55,505 nt of DNA, from contig CAYVEN010000002.1 in the NCBI GenBank assembly GCA_964450505.1, positions 1,342 to 56,846 of the forward strand. The letters run 5' to 3'. Under the pieces are notes generated by a model. That model was not told the origin of the DNA. It did not search any database and was given only the letters and a program-made list of their open reading frames with translations. Numbering within the stretch: position 1 is the stretch's first letter; every line of letters begins with the position of its first letter. This DNA is from an uncultured Dehalococcoidia bacterium (GTDB lineage: Bacteria > Chloroflexota > Dehalococcoidia > Lucifugimonadales > QGNO01). Positions 15,738 to 24,349 of this stretch are shown one piece after another. The position numbers were made by a program, and so were the translations under genes.

Positions 15738-17492
15738 ATGGAGCACTCTTTGAAGCCACAGCAATCCTTAGGCGTCGACCCTGTGATCATGGAGGTGATG
15801 CTCAACGCCTTTATGACGCTCTGCGACGAGTCGCAGGCGGTACTGGTGCGCTCCGCCTATTCCACCAACATCAAGGAGCGCAAGGACTGTTCGGCGTGGC
15901 TGCTGGATTCGGACGGCCAGCCCTTCTGCGGCGGTCGTTACTCTGGAGGCCAGTACAACAATTCGGGGTACGGGCCCGTGGGCGCGCGCATCCTGGAGAA
16001 GCTCGGCTCCAGGATGTCGGACGGCGACGTCTTCGTGATGAACGACCCTTACCTGGGCGGGCCCACACATCTGCCGGATATGTCGTTCATCAAACCCGTG
16101 TTCTATGACGGAGAGCTGCTCTGCTTTGTGTGCAACCAGGGTCACTGGGCGGACGTGGGCGGCAAGGCTCCGGCGCAGGGCGTGGTGGGAGACGCCACGG
16201 AGATATACCAGGAAGGCCTGCGCTTGCCGCCGGTGGCTCTGTACAAATCGGGCAAGCTGGAAGAGGACATCTACGAGATCATGCTGGCAAATATCCGCGG
16301 CCCTCACGAAAGGGAGGCGGATATCAGAGCGCACATGGCGGCGTTGCACCTGGCGGAACGACGCGTTCATGAGCTGGCGAAGCGGTACGGGGCCAAGGGC
16401 ATGAAACGTTACATGCGGGCGCTTGTCGATTATTCCGAGACACGGCTGCAGCAGGCCATTCTGGACGCGCCGCAGGGAAGCTGGTCGGCTGTCGATTACC
16501 TGGACGACGACCTGGGCAGCGACGAGCCGATAGCGGTCAAGGTCAAGGTGTCTATAAAACACAGCCCAAGGCCGCTGATAGAGGTGGACTTCACGGGCAG
16601 CGGGCCACCGGCCAAGTGGGGCATCAACGTCGCCTACCACGGGACATGGCAAATGGTCGTCGGCGTGTTCAGGAATCTCCTGGTAGACGACACGGTACCG
16701 ATAAACGTCGGCTTTCTCAAACCGTTCAAGGTGGTCATGCCGGACCACTCCTTGATCAACGCCAAGCCTCCCTCCGCTGTGGGCGCGAGGACGGAGACCA
16801 CCTACCTGGTTAGAGACGTGATCCTGGCTGCTCTAATGGAGGCTTTTCCGGAGAAAGCCAGGGGCCCCTGGCATGGCGTTCACGGAGTGGGCTTCAGCAA
16901 CGCGGAGGGACAGCGCTACTTCATCCACTACCAGACCGTAGGGGGCGGGGGCGGCGCACGCGCTTTCAAGGACGGCGTGGACTCCGTGCATGAAGTTCTC
17001 AACCTGCCGGTGGAGCCGATGGAGATGCAGTATCCGTTGAGGGGTCTGCGCTTGGAGTATATTCAGGATTCGGAAGGAGCGGGCAGGTACCGCGGCGGCG
17101 TCGGCGTGAGGCAGGACTGGGAAGTGCTGGCCGACGTAAACCTGGCCACTCATTCCAATAGGCACAAGATACCGGCTCCGGGTGTGTCCGGCGGCTGGCC
17201 GGGCGGGCTGTCCAGGCTGGTGCTGAACTACGATTCGGATGACCCCGTTGAACTGCCCCGCGAGACTGCCAACTATCCCCTGAAGAAGGGCGACGTTGTA
17301 ACCGTGTTCGCGGGAGGCGGAGGCGGTTACGCAAGTCCACTGGACCGCGACCCGGAAGCCGTGCTTAGAGACGTGCGAGACGGCAAAGTATCGCTGGAGC
17401 GCGCCCGTGAGGTTTACGGCGTGGCTATAGACGCGGAAAGTTGGGTGGTGCTCCAGGAGGAGACCGCGGCCCTGAGGAAGGCAAGGAGATAG
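15738..17492 (+). CDS. hyuB: Hydantoinase B / oxoprolinase family protein
   Basis: 584 aa with 'DPVIMEVMLNAF' and 'NDPYLGGPTHLPD', both HyuB-family hallmarks. Confidence 0.85.
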   Translation: MEHSLKPQQSLGVDPVIMEVMLNAFMTLCDESQAVLVRSAYSTNIKERKDCSAWLLDSDGQPFCGGRYSGGQYNNSGYGPVGARILEKLGSRMSDGDVFVMNDPYLGGPTHLPDMSFIKPVFYDGELLCFVCNQGHWADVGGKAPAQGVVGDATEIYQEGLRLPPVALYKSGKLEEDIYEIMLANIRGPHEREADIRAHMAALHLAERRVHELAKRYGAKGMKRYMRALVDYSETRLQQAILDAPQGSWSAVDYLDDDLGSDEPIAVKVKVSIKHSPRPLIEVDFTGSGPPAKWGINVAYHGTWQMVVGVFRNLLVDDTVPINVGFLKPFKVVMPDHSLINAKPPSAVGARTETTYLVRDVILAALMEAFPEKARGPWHGVHGVGFSNAEGQRYFIHYQTVGGGGGARAFKDGVDSVHEVLNLPVEPMEMQYPLRGLRLEYIQDSEGAGRYRGGVGVRQDWEVLADVNLATHSNRHKIPAPGVSGGWPGGLSRLVLNYDSDDPVELPRETANYPLKKGDVVTVFAGGGGGYASPLDRDPEAVLRDVRDGKVSLERAREVYGVAIDAESWVVLQEETAALRKARR

Positions 17493-19601
17493 GTGGCCAG
17501 ATTCCGCGTAGGCATAGATATAGGCGGCACCTTTACCGACCACCTGTGGTATGACGAGGCTACGGGCGATCTCTCCGTAGTCAAGGTGCCTACGACACCA
17601 CACGACCTTGCGATCTGTTTTGTTGATGGACTGCAGCGCATGTACAGCGACCATCGGGCCGGCGCGGTGGTCCCGTACGTGGCGCACGGCACCACCGTTT
17701 GCACCAACGCCCTGTTGGAACGCAGGGGCGCACGGCTTGGCTTCATCACCACAAAGGGGTTCCGCGACATCCTGGAGATAGGCAGGCAGATAGAGCCGGA
17801 CCAGTTTGATTACACTGTGGATCGCGCTGAGCCCCTTGCGCCACGATATCTGAGGAGAGAGGTGGATGAGCGGGTAGCGAAGGACGGTTCAGTGGTGGCT
17901 CCGCTGGATGAGGAACAGTGCCGCAGCTTGGCTAGGGAGTTCATTGCGGAAGGCGTAAACTCCGTGGGCATCTGCTTCCTGTTCTCTTTTGCCAATCCCG
18001 CCCACGAGATCAGGGCCAGGGAGATCGTGGAAGAGGAGTTCGCCAGGGCGGGCGTTGAGGGATTCGTCTCAATCTCATCCGGCATAGCCGCGGAGTTCAG
18101 GGAGTTCGAGCGCGCCAGTACGGTGGCGGTGGCGGCGTACTTGACGCCGGTGCTCCAGGGATACGCCGCCAGGCTGGAACGCGAGCTTGCCGGAGTCCTT
18201 TCCCAGCCGTCCAGCATGTATATCATGCAGTCCGCCGGTGGACTGGTGGGCGTTGGCACTGCAATCAGACAGCCGCATACTACAACGGAGTCCGGCCCTG
18301 CCGCGGGCGTGCTTGCCGCCGCCGAGCTGGGACGCCTGTTGGGCAGGGAGAAGCTGGTCTCCTTTGACATGGGAGGCACAACGGCCAAGGCCAGCCTCAT
18401 GGAGAATGCCACGCCCCGGCTTGCCTTTGAGTTCGAGGTGGGCACGGAGCAGCACGGCGCTTTCACCACTAGGAGCAGAGGTTACCCTGTAAGGGCGGCC
18501 ATGATAGACCTGGTGGAGTGCAGCGCGGGCGGCGGAAGCATCGCCTGGGTAGACCCCGTAGGGGTGCTCAAGGTTGGGCCGATGAGCGCAGGCGCCAGCC
18601 CGGGTCCGGCCAGCTATGGCCGAGGGGGAGAGATGCCGACCGTAACGGATGCGCAGGTGGCGCTGGGAAGAATCGGTTCCGGCCACCTACTGGGCGGCGA
18701 GGTAGAGGTGGACGTGAAACGGGCTGAGACGGCTATTCAACAGCACATAGCCGGCAGATTGGACATGACGGTCGCCCAGGCGGCGGAAGGCATCATAGAG
18801 GTGGCCAACGCGCAGATGGAAGGGATTCTGCGGGTGGTGTCGGTGCAGCGTGGGTTTGACCCGAGGGAGTTCACCCTGCTGGCCTTCGGCGGCGCGGGGC
18901 CACTGCATGCCGTGGACTTGGCGTCGGCCCTTGGCATTACGGAGGTTGTGGCGCCGCTTTATCCGGGCCTGTTCTCGGCGCAGGGTCTTTGCCAGGCCCA
19001 CGTCCTCAACGAGTTCGTAAGGACACGGGTCACCCGCTGGGAGGACGCAAACCTATCGACCATGCTGGGCACGGTGGCCGCGCTGGAAAAGGAAGCAGTA
19101 GATTGGATGGACAGCGAGGGCATTGCCGGAGAGAAGAGAGCGCTGACCAGGTCTATGGACATGCGTTACGTGGGACAAAACTGGGAGCTTACGGTCAACC
19201 TGGATGTTCTGCCCACGTCGGAGGAGGAGTTGGAGGACGCCCGGAAGGATTTTGTACGCCTTCACCAGCAGATGTACGGCCATTCCAGCGATACCGATGC
19301 GGTAGAGGTGGTGAGCTTTCGCGTTCACGCCTATGCTTCCTCTCCCCCGCTCAAGGTCAAGAGTATCCCCGCAGGCGGCAAGGACTCCTCAGAGGCTTGT
19401 ACGGGCTCAAGAGAGGTGTACTTTGCACAGGGCGGCGGCGCAACGGAATGCCTGGTCTACGATAGGAACCGTCTCAAGGCCGGAAACAGGATGGACGGCC
19501 CGGCGGTCATAGAGCAACTGGACGCTACCACGGCGATACCGCCCGGATATGCAGGGCGCGTGGACGACTACGGCAACATATGGATCACGCCTGCTACTTG
19601 A
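17493..19601 (+). CDS. hyuA: Hydantoinase A / oxoprolinase family protein
   Basis: 702 aa. The GTG start directly abuts the hyuB TAG. It carries the 'RVGIDIGGTFTD' ASKHA-type N-terminus. Confidence 0.85.
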   Translation: MARFRVGIDIGGTFTDHLWYDEATGDLSVVKVPTTPHDLAICFVDGLQRMYSDHRAGAVVPYVAHGTTVCTNALLERRGARLGFITTKGFRDILEIGRQIEPDQFDYTVDRAEPLAPRYLRREVDERVAKDGSVVAPLDEEQCRSLAREFIAEGVNSVGICFLFSFANPAHEIRAREIVEEEFARAGVEGFVSISSGIAAEFREFERASTVAVAAYLTPVLQGYAARLERELAGVLSQPSSMYIMQSAGGLVGVGTAIRQPHTTTESGPAAGVLAAAELGRLLGREKLVSFDMGGTTAKASLMENATPRLAFEFEVGTEQHGAFTTRSRGYPVRAAMIDLVECSAGGGSIAWVDPVGVLKVGPMSAGASPGPASYGRGGEMPTVTDAQVALGRIGSGHLLGGEVEVDVKRAETAIQQHIAGRLDMTVAQAAEGIIEVANAQMEGILRVVSVQRGFDPREFTLLAFGGAGPLHAVDLASALGITEVVAPLYPGLFSAQGLCQAHVLNEFVRTRVTRWEDANLSTMLGTVAALEKEAVDWMDSEGIAGEKRALTRSMDMRYVGQNWELTVNLDVLPTSEEELEDARKDFVRLHQQMYGHSSDTDAVEVVSFRVHAYASSPPLKVKSIPAGGKDSSEACTGSREVYFAQGGGATECLVYDRNRLKAGNRMDGPAVIEQLDATTAIPPGYAGRVDDYGNIWITPAT

Positions 19602-19631
19602 AGTAAGAACGCTGCTAAGCCAGATGCCTGA

Positions 19632-20516
19632 CTAGGCCGTAAGCACTCCCAAAGCCCTCGCCTCGTTTATCAGATGCTCGGTTCGCTCTTCGCTGAGAGA
19701 GGCTATAGGCAGCCTGGGCTGCCCGCTATCGATTCCCAGGCGGGCCTTGACCAGCGCCTTGCAGGTGGCCTGCATCCCGTACTTGCCTGCCAGGTCTATC
19801 AGTCCCGCGCCCAGCTCTTGAAGCTCTTGGGCACGCTGAACGTCGCCTTCTCTATGCGCCCGGTAAGCCCCCACCCAGATCTCCGGCGCTACCGTGAGCG
19901 GGCCATCGACCACCCCGGCGGCCCCGGCAGTAAGCGCGGCAAGGAACAACGAGCCGCTTCCGGTGAAGACGTCTATGCCCATTTGAGAGAAGCGGCGGAT
20001 GTTGTGGAAGTCCGGCGCAGAGTGCTTGACCCCGGCCACCTGGGGAATCTGCTCTATGAAGGCGCTCATCAGCGCCGGAGTAATTTCGACCCCGGTGTAC
20101 TTGGGCTGGTTGTAGACGAAGAAAGGGAGGTCCGCCGCGCCGGCGACAGCCTTGTAATGGTCGACGACCGCCTGGTCCGTGGGCTTGTAGAAGAACGGCG
20201 GCACGCAGCTAATGGCGTCGACGCCCGCTAGGCGGGAGGCTTCGGCCATTCGCACGGCGCTCTGCGTGGTGAGCGCTCCCACGTGGACAATGGTCTTGGC
20301 CCTGCCCTTGGACTGATCGGCTGAAACCTGTGCTATCCTGATAATCTCTTCTTCGCTGAGCAGCACGCTCTCGCCGGTGCCGCCGGTTATCCAGAACCCG
20401 TCGACGCCGGCCTGGATGTTGTGCTCCATCACTCCGCGGAACGCCTCCTCATTGAGCCTGCCCTCCGCATCAAACGGAGTAATCAATGCCGGAACGACAC
20501 CCTGGAAGTTGCCCAT
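19632..20516 (-). CDS. Dihydrodipicolinate synthase / N-acetylneuraminate lyase family protein
   Basis: ATG at 20516 is preceded by GAGGAGAAGG. Motifs 'VVPALITPF', 'WITGGTGES' and the Schiff-base Lys context 'VAGVKHS'. Confidence 0.8.
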   Translation of the reverse strand: MGNFQGVVPALITPFDAEGRLNEEAFRGVMEHNIQAGVDGFWITGGTGESVLLSEEEIIRIAQVSADQSKGRAKTIVHVGALTTQSAVRMAEASRLAGVDAISCVPPFFYKPTDQAVVDHYKAVAGAADLPFFVYNQPKYTGVEITPALMSAFIEQIPQVAGVKHSAPDFHNIRRFSQMGIDVFTGSGSLFLAALTAGAAGVVDGPLTVAPEIWVGAYRAHREGDVQRAQELQELGAGLIDLAGKYGMQATCKALVKARLGIDSGQPRLPIASLSEERTEHLINEARALGVLTA

Positions 20517-20587
20517 AACCTTCTCCTCAAACCGTGCTGAATGGAGTGTACAAGCCGTTTGTGAGGGCGTCAAACCGAGGCGAATCT

Positions 20588-20615
20588 GTTAAAGTCGCGT
20601 TAAATTTGCGTTAAA
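20588..20615. promoter_or_regulatory. Three GTTAAA direct repeats with 11-bp period
   Basis: GTTAAA occurs at 20588, 20599 and 20610, and the last two extend to GCGTTAAA. They sit in the 80-bp divergent gap between the dapA-like gene and the aquaporin gene. Confidence 0.3.
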
Positions 20616-20653
20616 CAACCGCGGATATTCTGAGAAGCAGCCTAAAGGCGTGC

Positions 20654-21340
20654 GTGAAAATGCTGAAGAAAAGCGTTGCAGAGTTCATAGGGACGTTTGG
20701 TCTTGTCTTTGCCGGAACCGGGGCAATCATGATCAACCAGCTTATGGACGGTCAGTTGACCCATCTGGGCGTGGGCCTCTCATTTGGATTGGCAGTGGGG
20801 GCCATGGTCTTCGCCACAGGGCACATCTCCGGCGCGCACATAAACCCCGCCGTGACCGTTGCATTCGCTATCAGCCGCCACTTTCCCTGGAAGAACGTCC
20901 CCTACTATCTGGCGGCTCAGCTGGCTGGAGCCGCGTCCGCCAGTTTGGTGCTGCTGGCAATCCTGGGAGACGTGGCGGACATGGGAGCGACCTTGCCATC
21001 CGGCAGCGACCTGCAGTCTCTGGGGCTTGAGATTGTGCTCACCTTTTTCCTCATGTTTGTGATCATGGCGGTGGCCACGGACGTGCGAGCCGCCGGAGGG
21101 GTCGCGGCGCTGGCCATAGGCGGCACGGTTGGGCTTGAAGCCATTTTCGCCGGGCCTATATCGGGGGCCTCCATGAACCCGGCGCGCTCGCTGGGGCCTG
21201 CCCTGGTGGGTTGGACGTGGGCCAGCCAGTGGCTCTATATCGTGGGGCCTCTCACCGGGGCTGCAGCGGCTTCACTGGTGTATGCGTGGCTAAGAGGAGG
21301 GGAGCACTACGCAGGCAAGGCGGATGAAGGAGAGCGATGA
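20654..21340 (+). CDS. MIP-family channel, NIP-like aquaglyceroporin
   Basis: 228 aa with two NPA boxes ('HINPAVTV' and 'SMNPARSL') and 6 TM segments. Its stop overlaps the arsC start (ATGA). Confidence 0.85.
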   Translation: MKMLKKSVAEFIGTFGLVFAGTGAIMINQLMDGQLTHLGVGLSFGLAVGAMVFATGHISGAHINPAVTVAFAISRHFPWKNVPYYLAAQLAGAASASLVLLAILGDVADMGATLPSGSDLQSLGLEIVLTFFLMFVIMAVATDVRAAGGVAALAIGGTVGLEAIFAGPISGASMNPARSLGPALVGWTWASQWLYIVGPLTGAAAASLVYAWLRGGEHYAGKADEGER

Positions 21341-21732
21341 AGCGGGTCTTATTCGTTTGCGTCCACAACTCGGGGAGAAGCCAGATGGCCGCTGCTTTTC
21401 TTGAAGAACTATCCGGTGGAAGAGTGGAAGTCGATTCGGCGGGAACCCAGCCGTCCGATGCGGTTAATCCTGCAGTCGTCGAGGTCATGATGGAGAAGGG
21501 GATAGACGTATCGGAGAACAAGCCCAAACTGTTGACGCAGGAGATGGTGGATGAGTCCGACAAGGTCATCACCATGGGCTGCGCCATAGACGAGTCTTGC
21601 CCGGCAGTGTTCGTCCCCAGCGAAGATTGGGGTTTGGAGGACCCCAGCGGCCAGCCCGTAGACGTGGTGAGAAGGGTCCGCGACCAGGTGGAAGAACGGG
21701 TAAGGGCGATGATTCCCGCGCTTTCCCAGTAG
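21337..21732 (+). CDS. arsC: Arsenate reductase, LMW-PTPase / thioredoxin-coupled type
   Basis: P-loop 'VCVHNSGRSQMA', plus downstream Cys residues in 'TMGCAIDESCP' at the spacing seen in C10/C82/C89-type ArsC. Confidence 0.85.
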   Translation: MKRVLFVCVHNSGRSQMAAAFLEELSGGRVEVDSAGTQPSDAVNPAVVEVMMEKGIDVSENKPKLLTQEMVDESDKVITMGCAIDESCPAVFVPSEDWGLEDPSGQPVDVVRRVRDQVEERVRAMIPALSQ

Positions 21733-21810
21733 TTTTCTTGAGGCTGAGATTGCCCCGGTACGCTGTCTTAGACTGTGGTATCCTACTGACCGCTTTTGTC
21801 AGGAAGTCAA

Positions 21811-22605
21811 ATGCGGAGAAAGTCATCCCTACTCATTGTTGCAATCGCTCTTTTCGTCTCCGCGTGTACTCAGAGTAACGCTCCCTCAGCCCCCACGATT
21901 TCACCACTGCCTTCTACTCCTACTCCCGTAACGACACCTGCTGCCCTCAATCCCACTGCGACTCCGGACGGCGTACTAATTGCTCCGGCAGCCGACACGC
22001 CCGATATAGAGGCGACGGTTGCATTCGCGGTGCAGGCCACCGTGAGTGCGGCTCTGACAGCCACAGTCGCGGCTGCACCGGAAACTACACCCACAGCTAC
22101 TGCCACGGCTGCACCGTCGCCTACGGCCACCGCTACGGCTGAACCTGCGCCCATAGTCACAGCCACGGCTGAACCTGCGCCTACAGTCACAGCCACGGCT
22201 GAACCCGTGCCTGTAGTCACCGCTACGGCTGAGCCCGCGCCTGTAGTCACAGCCACAGTTACAACTCCGCAAGTGGAGGCTCAATACGAGGTGAGCATCC
22301 AGAACGTTGACCTGGCGGGGGAGGTTGTAGTCATTGTCAATACCGGCGGCAGCCCCCAGGTTATGACCGGCTGGGAACTGCTGAGCCAGGAGGGAGGACA
22401 GCGTTTCGTGTTCCCGCAGTTCACTCTAGACCCGGGCGCCGCCGTCCGGGTTACCAGCGGCCCCAACGGCCGGCAAGACCCGCCCGGCGTGCTGCAGTGG
22501 CTGAAATCCGACGGCAGTCCCTACCGGGGACATGTTTGGAACAATGATGGCGATGTTGCCGTACTATTCGACAGCGGGGGCAACGAGGTAGCCAGGTTCC
22601 CTTAG
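21811..22605 (+). CDS. Lipoprotein with repetitive linker and C-terminal lamin-tail-domain (LTD)-like module
   Basis: ATG at 21811 follows AGGAAG. Lipobox 'LFVSAC'. Thr/Ala/Pro repeats follow. The C-terminus 'VVIVNTGGSPQVMTGWELLSQEGGQRFVFP...WNNDGDVAVLFDSGGNEV' matches the LTD pattern. Confidence 0.65.
   Translation: MRRKSSLLIVAIALFVSACTQSNAPSAPTISPLPSTPTPVTTPAALNPTATPDGVLIAPAADTPDIEATVAFAVQATVSAALTATVAAAPETTPTATATAAPSPTATATAEPAPIVTATAEPAPTVTATAEPVPVVTATAEPAPVVTATVTTPQVEAQYEVSIQNVDLAGEVVVIVNTGGSPQVMTGWELLSQEGGQRFVFPQFTLDPGAAVRVTSGPNGRQDPPGVLQWLKSDGSPYRGHVWNNDGDVAVLFDSGGNEVARFP
22135..22254 (+). repeat. In-frame 30-bp tandem repeat x4
   Basis: Units acggctgaacc(t/c)g(c/t)gcc(c/t)(a/g)(t/c)agtcac(a/c)gc(c/t) encode 'TAEPAPxVTA'. 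The units are contiguous with no spacers. Confidence 0.9.
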
Positions 22606-22916
22606 ACGTAGGGGCCCAGGTGCATTCCCCCTATGATGTGTACGTGCCCGTGGGGCTGGCTCTGCATACCGTCGTGCCCGAAATTGGAGAGCAGTCTGAA
22701 CCCGTTGGGGCATTGCTCATTGCCAATGCGCGCCGCTACTGAGGCTACGTTGGCCATCTTTTGGCTGCTCCACAGCTCTTCCTGGGTCATGTGCTTCTTG
22801 GGGACGGCCAAGAGCATGACAGGAGCCCACCTGAGACGGTTGCGAAAGACCATAACGTCGTCATCCTCATAGATGACGTCGCCAGGCTCTTCTCTACGGA
22901 CGATCTTGCAGAACAC
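22602..22916 (-). CDS. HIT (histidine triad) family protein
   Basis: 104 aa with a GTG start. It has 'FCKIV' at the N-terminus and the triad 'HGHVHIIGG'. Confidence 0.85.
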   Translation of the reverse strand: MFCKIVRREEPGDVIYEDDDVMVFRNRLRWAPVMLLAVPKKHMTQEELWSSQKMANVASVAARIGNEQCPNGFRLLSNFGHDGMQSQPHGHVHIIGGMHLGPYV

Positions 22917-22930
22917 GCACGGCCCGCTGG

Positions 22931-24349
22931 TCAGCGTCCCGTCCTCCTATTTGACCTTGGGTATCCCGCAGAGGCTCTCTTGCTCTGATCCCTGGAGGTG
23001 CCTTTGTCACGGAAATCGGGGGCAGAAATGGGGCACCAGGTCACTATACTTGCATCTTTCAACCGCGACCGCACCGGCGGTGGGAGACGGTCTTCCATGA
23101 AGTCGCGCAGGGTGATGACGGTGGGGAGCCTGGCTTCCTGGCGGTGCACGATTATTTGATAGAGCTTCTCTTCCGCCCAGGCTGTGCTGCTGTGAGCACC
23201 GAGGTCATCCAGCACCAGGTAGGGCGCGGTCCTAACCTCTTCGAAAAGCTGGTCGTACCTAACCGGACTCTCCGGACTGAAAGTAAATCTAAGATGGTCC
23301 AACAGATCTGGCACGAAGGCGAAGTAAACGTACCTGCCGTTGCGTTCTATCTCATTTACAACGGCTATGGCCAGGTGGGTCTTGCCGCAGCCTTCCCCCC
23401 CGGCGAATATCAGCCAGCCGGAAGGGTGCTCGGCAAAGACGCGAGCCGCATTTAGCGCTGCCTCCAGGCTAGCTTGATCTTCAGCGTCCGCTCTGTTGCC
23501 CCTGATGTTGAAATTCTCGAAAGCCATGCGGGGCTTCAGATCAGACTTCATCCTGTCCAGCTGCCAGTGCGGAGCGGCAACGGCTTGTTCTCCAAGCGTA
23601 ATTTGCATTACGAGATCGCGGTCCTCCAGGCGCGCCCGCAGCTGCTCGTCGAGTTGGCCTAGGGGAACGCTGAGTGAGATGATGGTGGGCATCTGCCGGT
23701 TGAACCGGTGGTTCAATATCTGATTGAGCTTCTCCTGTGCCCAGGGAGTGGTGGCGTGCGCGCCCAGGTCGTCCAGGGCAAGGAGCGGTATGTTTCTAAC
23801 GTGCTCAAAGAGCTCGTCATAGGAGGTTTCGCTGCTGGGAGCGAAGGTTGAGCGCAGATGGTCGAGCAGGTCGGGAACCGAGATGTAGAAGGCGGGCGTC
23901 TCCCGCTCTATGCCGCGATTGACTATGGCGGCAAGCAGGTGGGTCTTGCCGGAGCCGCCAGTTCCTGTGAAGAGCAGCCAGCCTTGGGGGTCGTCGGCGT
24001 ATTCTATGGCGGCTTGGTACGCTTGAGCGAACCTCTGTTGAGCCTCCGCGTTGGCGGAGCGTCCGCCGGAGTCCAGGGAGTCGAACCTGAGCCGGGCGAG
24101 GGCTCCCAGGTTGCTGTGGCTTTGCAGCCGTTCCAGCCGTTGAGCGTGGGTGACCTCTTGCTGGCAGGAACAGGGGATGGCCCGACCAAAGTCGGGGTCT
24201 CCGACGGGTACGTCCTGCCTTATCCAACCCTTGCCTCCGCAAAGGTCGCAATCGTCCGAGGGGGTCTCCTCCTCAGCGCGCCAGGTAGCCGTACCGTCGG
24301 AGGTATTCTTTGCGGTCACTCGTTTTAGAATGTCGCCTAGGCTCTCCAT
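22931..24349 (-). CDS. DnaC/DnaI-like helicase loader with Cys4 N-domain and two tandem AAA+ modules
   Basis: 472 aa. Cys cluster 'CDLCGG...CSC'. Two Walker A sites ('GTGGSGKTHL' and 'GGEGCGKTHL') and two Walker B sites ('LLALDDLG' and 'YLVLDDLG'). The two halves align to each other over ~150 aa. Confidence 0.75.
   Translation of the reverse strand: MESLGDILKRVTAKNTSDGTATWRAEEETPSDDCDLCGGKGWIRQDVPVGDPDFGRAIPCSCQQEVTHAQRLERLQSHSNLGALARLRFDSLDSGGRSANAEAQQRFAQAYQAAIEYADDPQGWLLFTGTGGSGKTHLLAAIVNRGIERETPAFYISVPDLLDHLRSTFAPSSETSYDELFEHVRNIPLLALDDLGAHATTPWAQEKLNQILNHRFNRQMPTIISLSVPLGQLDEQLRARLEDRDLVMQITLGEQAVAAPHWQLDRMKSDLKPRMAFENFNIRGNRADAEDQASLEAALNAARVFAEHPSGWLIFAGGEGCGKTHLAIAVVNEIERNGRYVYFAFVPDLLDHLRFTFSPESPVRYDQLFEEVRTAPYLVLDDLGAHSSTAWAEEKLYQIIVHRQEARLPTVITLRDFMEDRLPPPVRSRLKDASIVTWCPISAPDFRDKGTSRDQSKRASAGYPRSNRRTGR

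Noticed and set aside
14019-17687. Long minus-strand ORFs (14019-15089, 15768-16748, 16833-17687) opposite the ABC ATPase and hyuB.
   Set aside because: The plus-strand products have Walker/signature motifs and HyuB motifs. The antisense translations are low-complexity Arg/His/Gln-rich.
22135-22254. Regular 30-bp repeats considered as a possible CRISPR array.
   Set aside because: The units are contiguous with no spacers. They lie in-frame inside a lipoprotein ORF and encode a peptide repeat. No cas genes are nearby.
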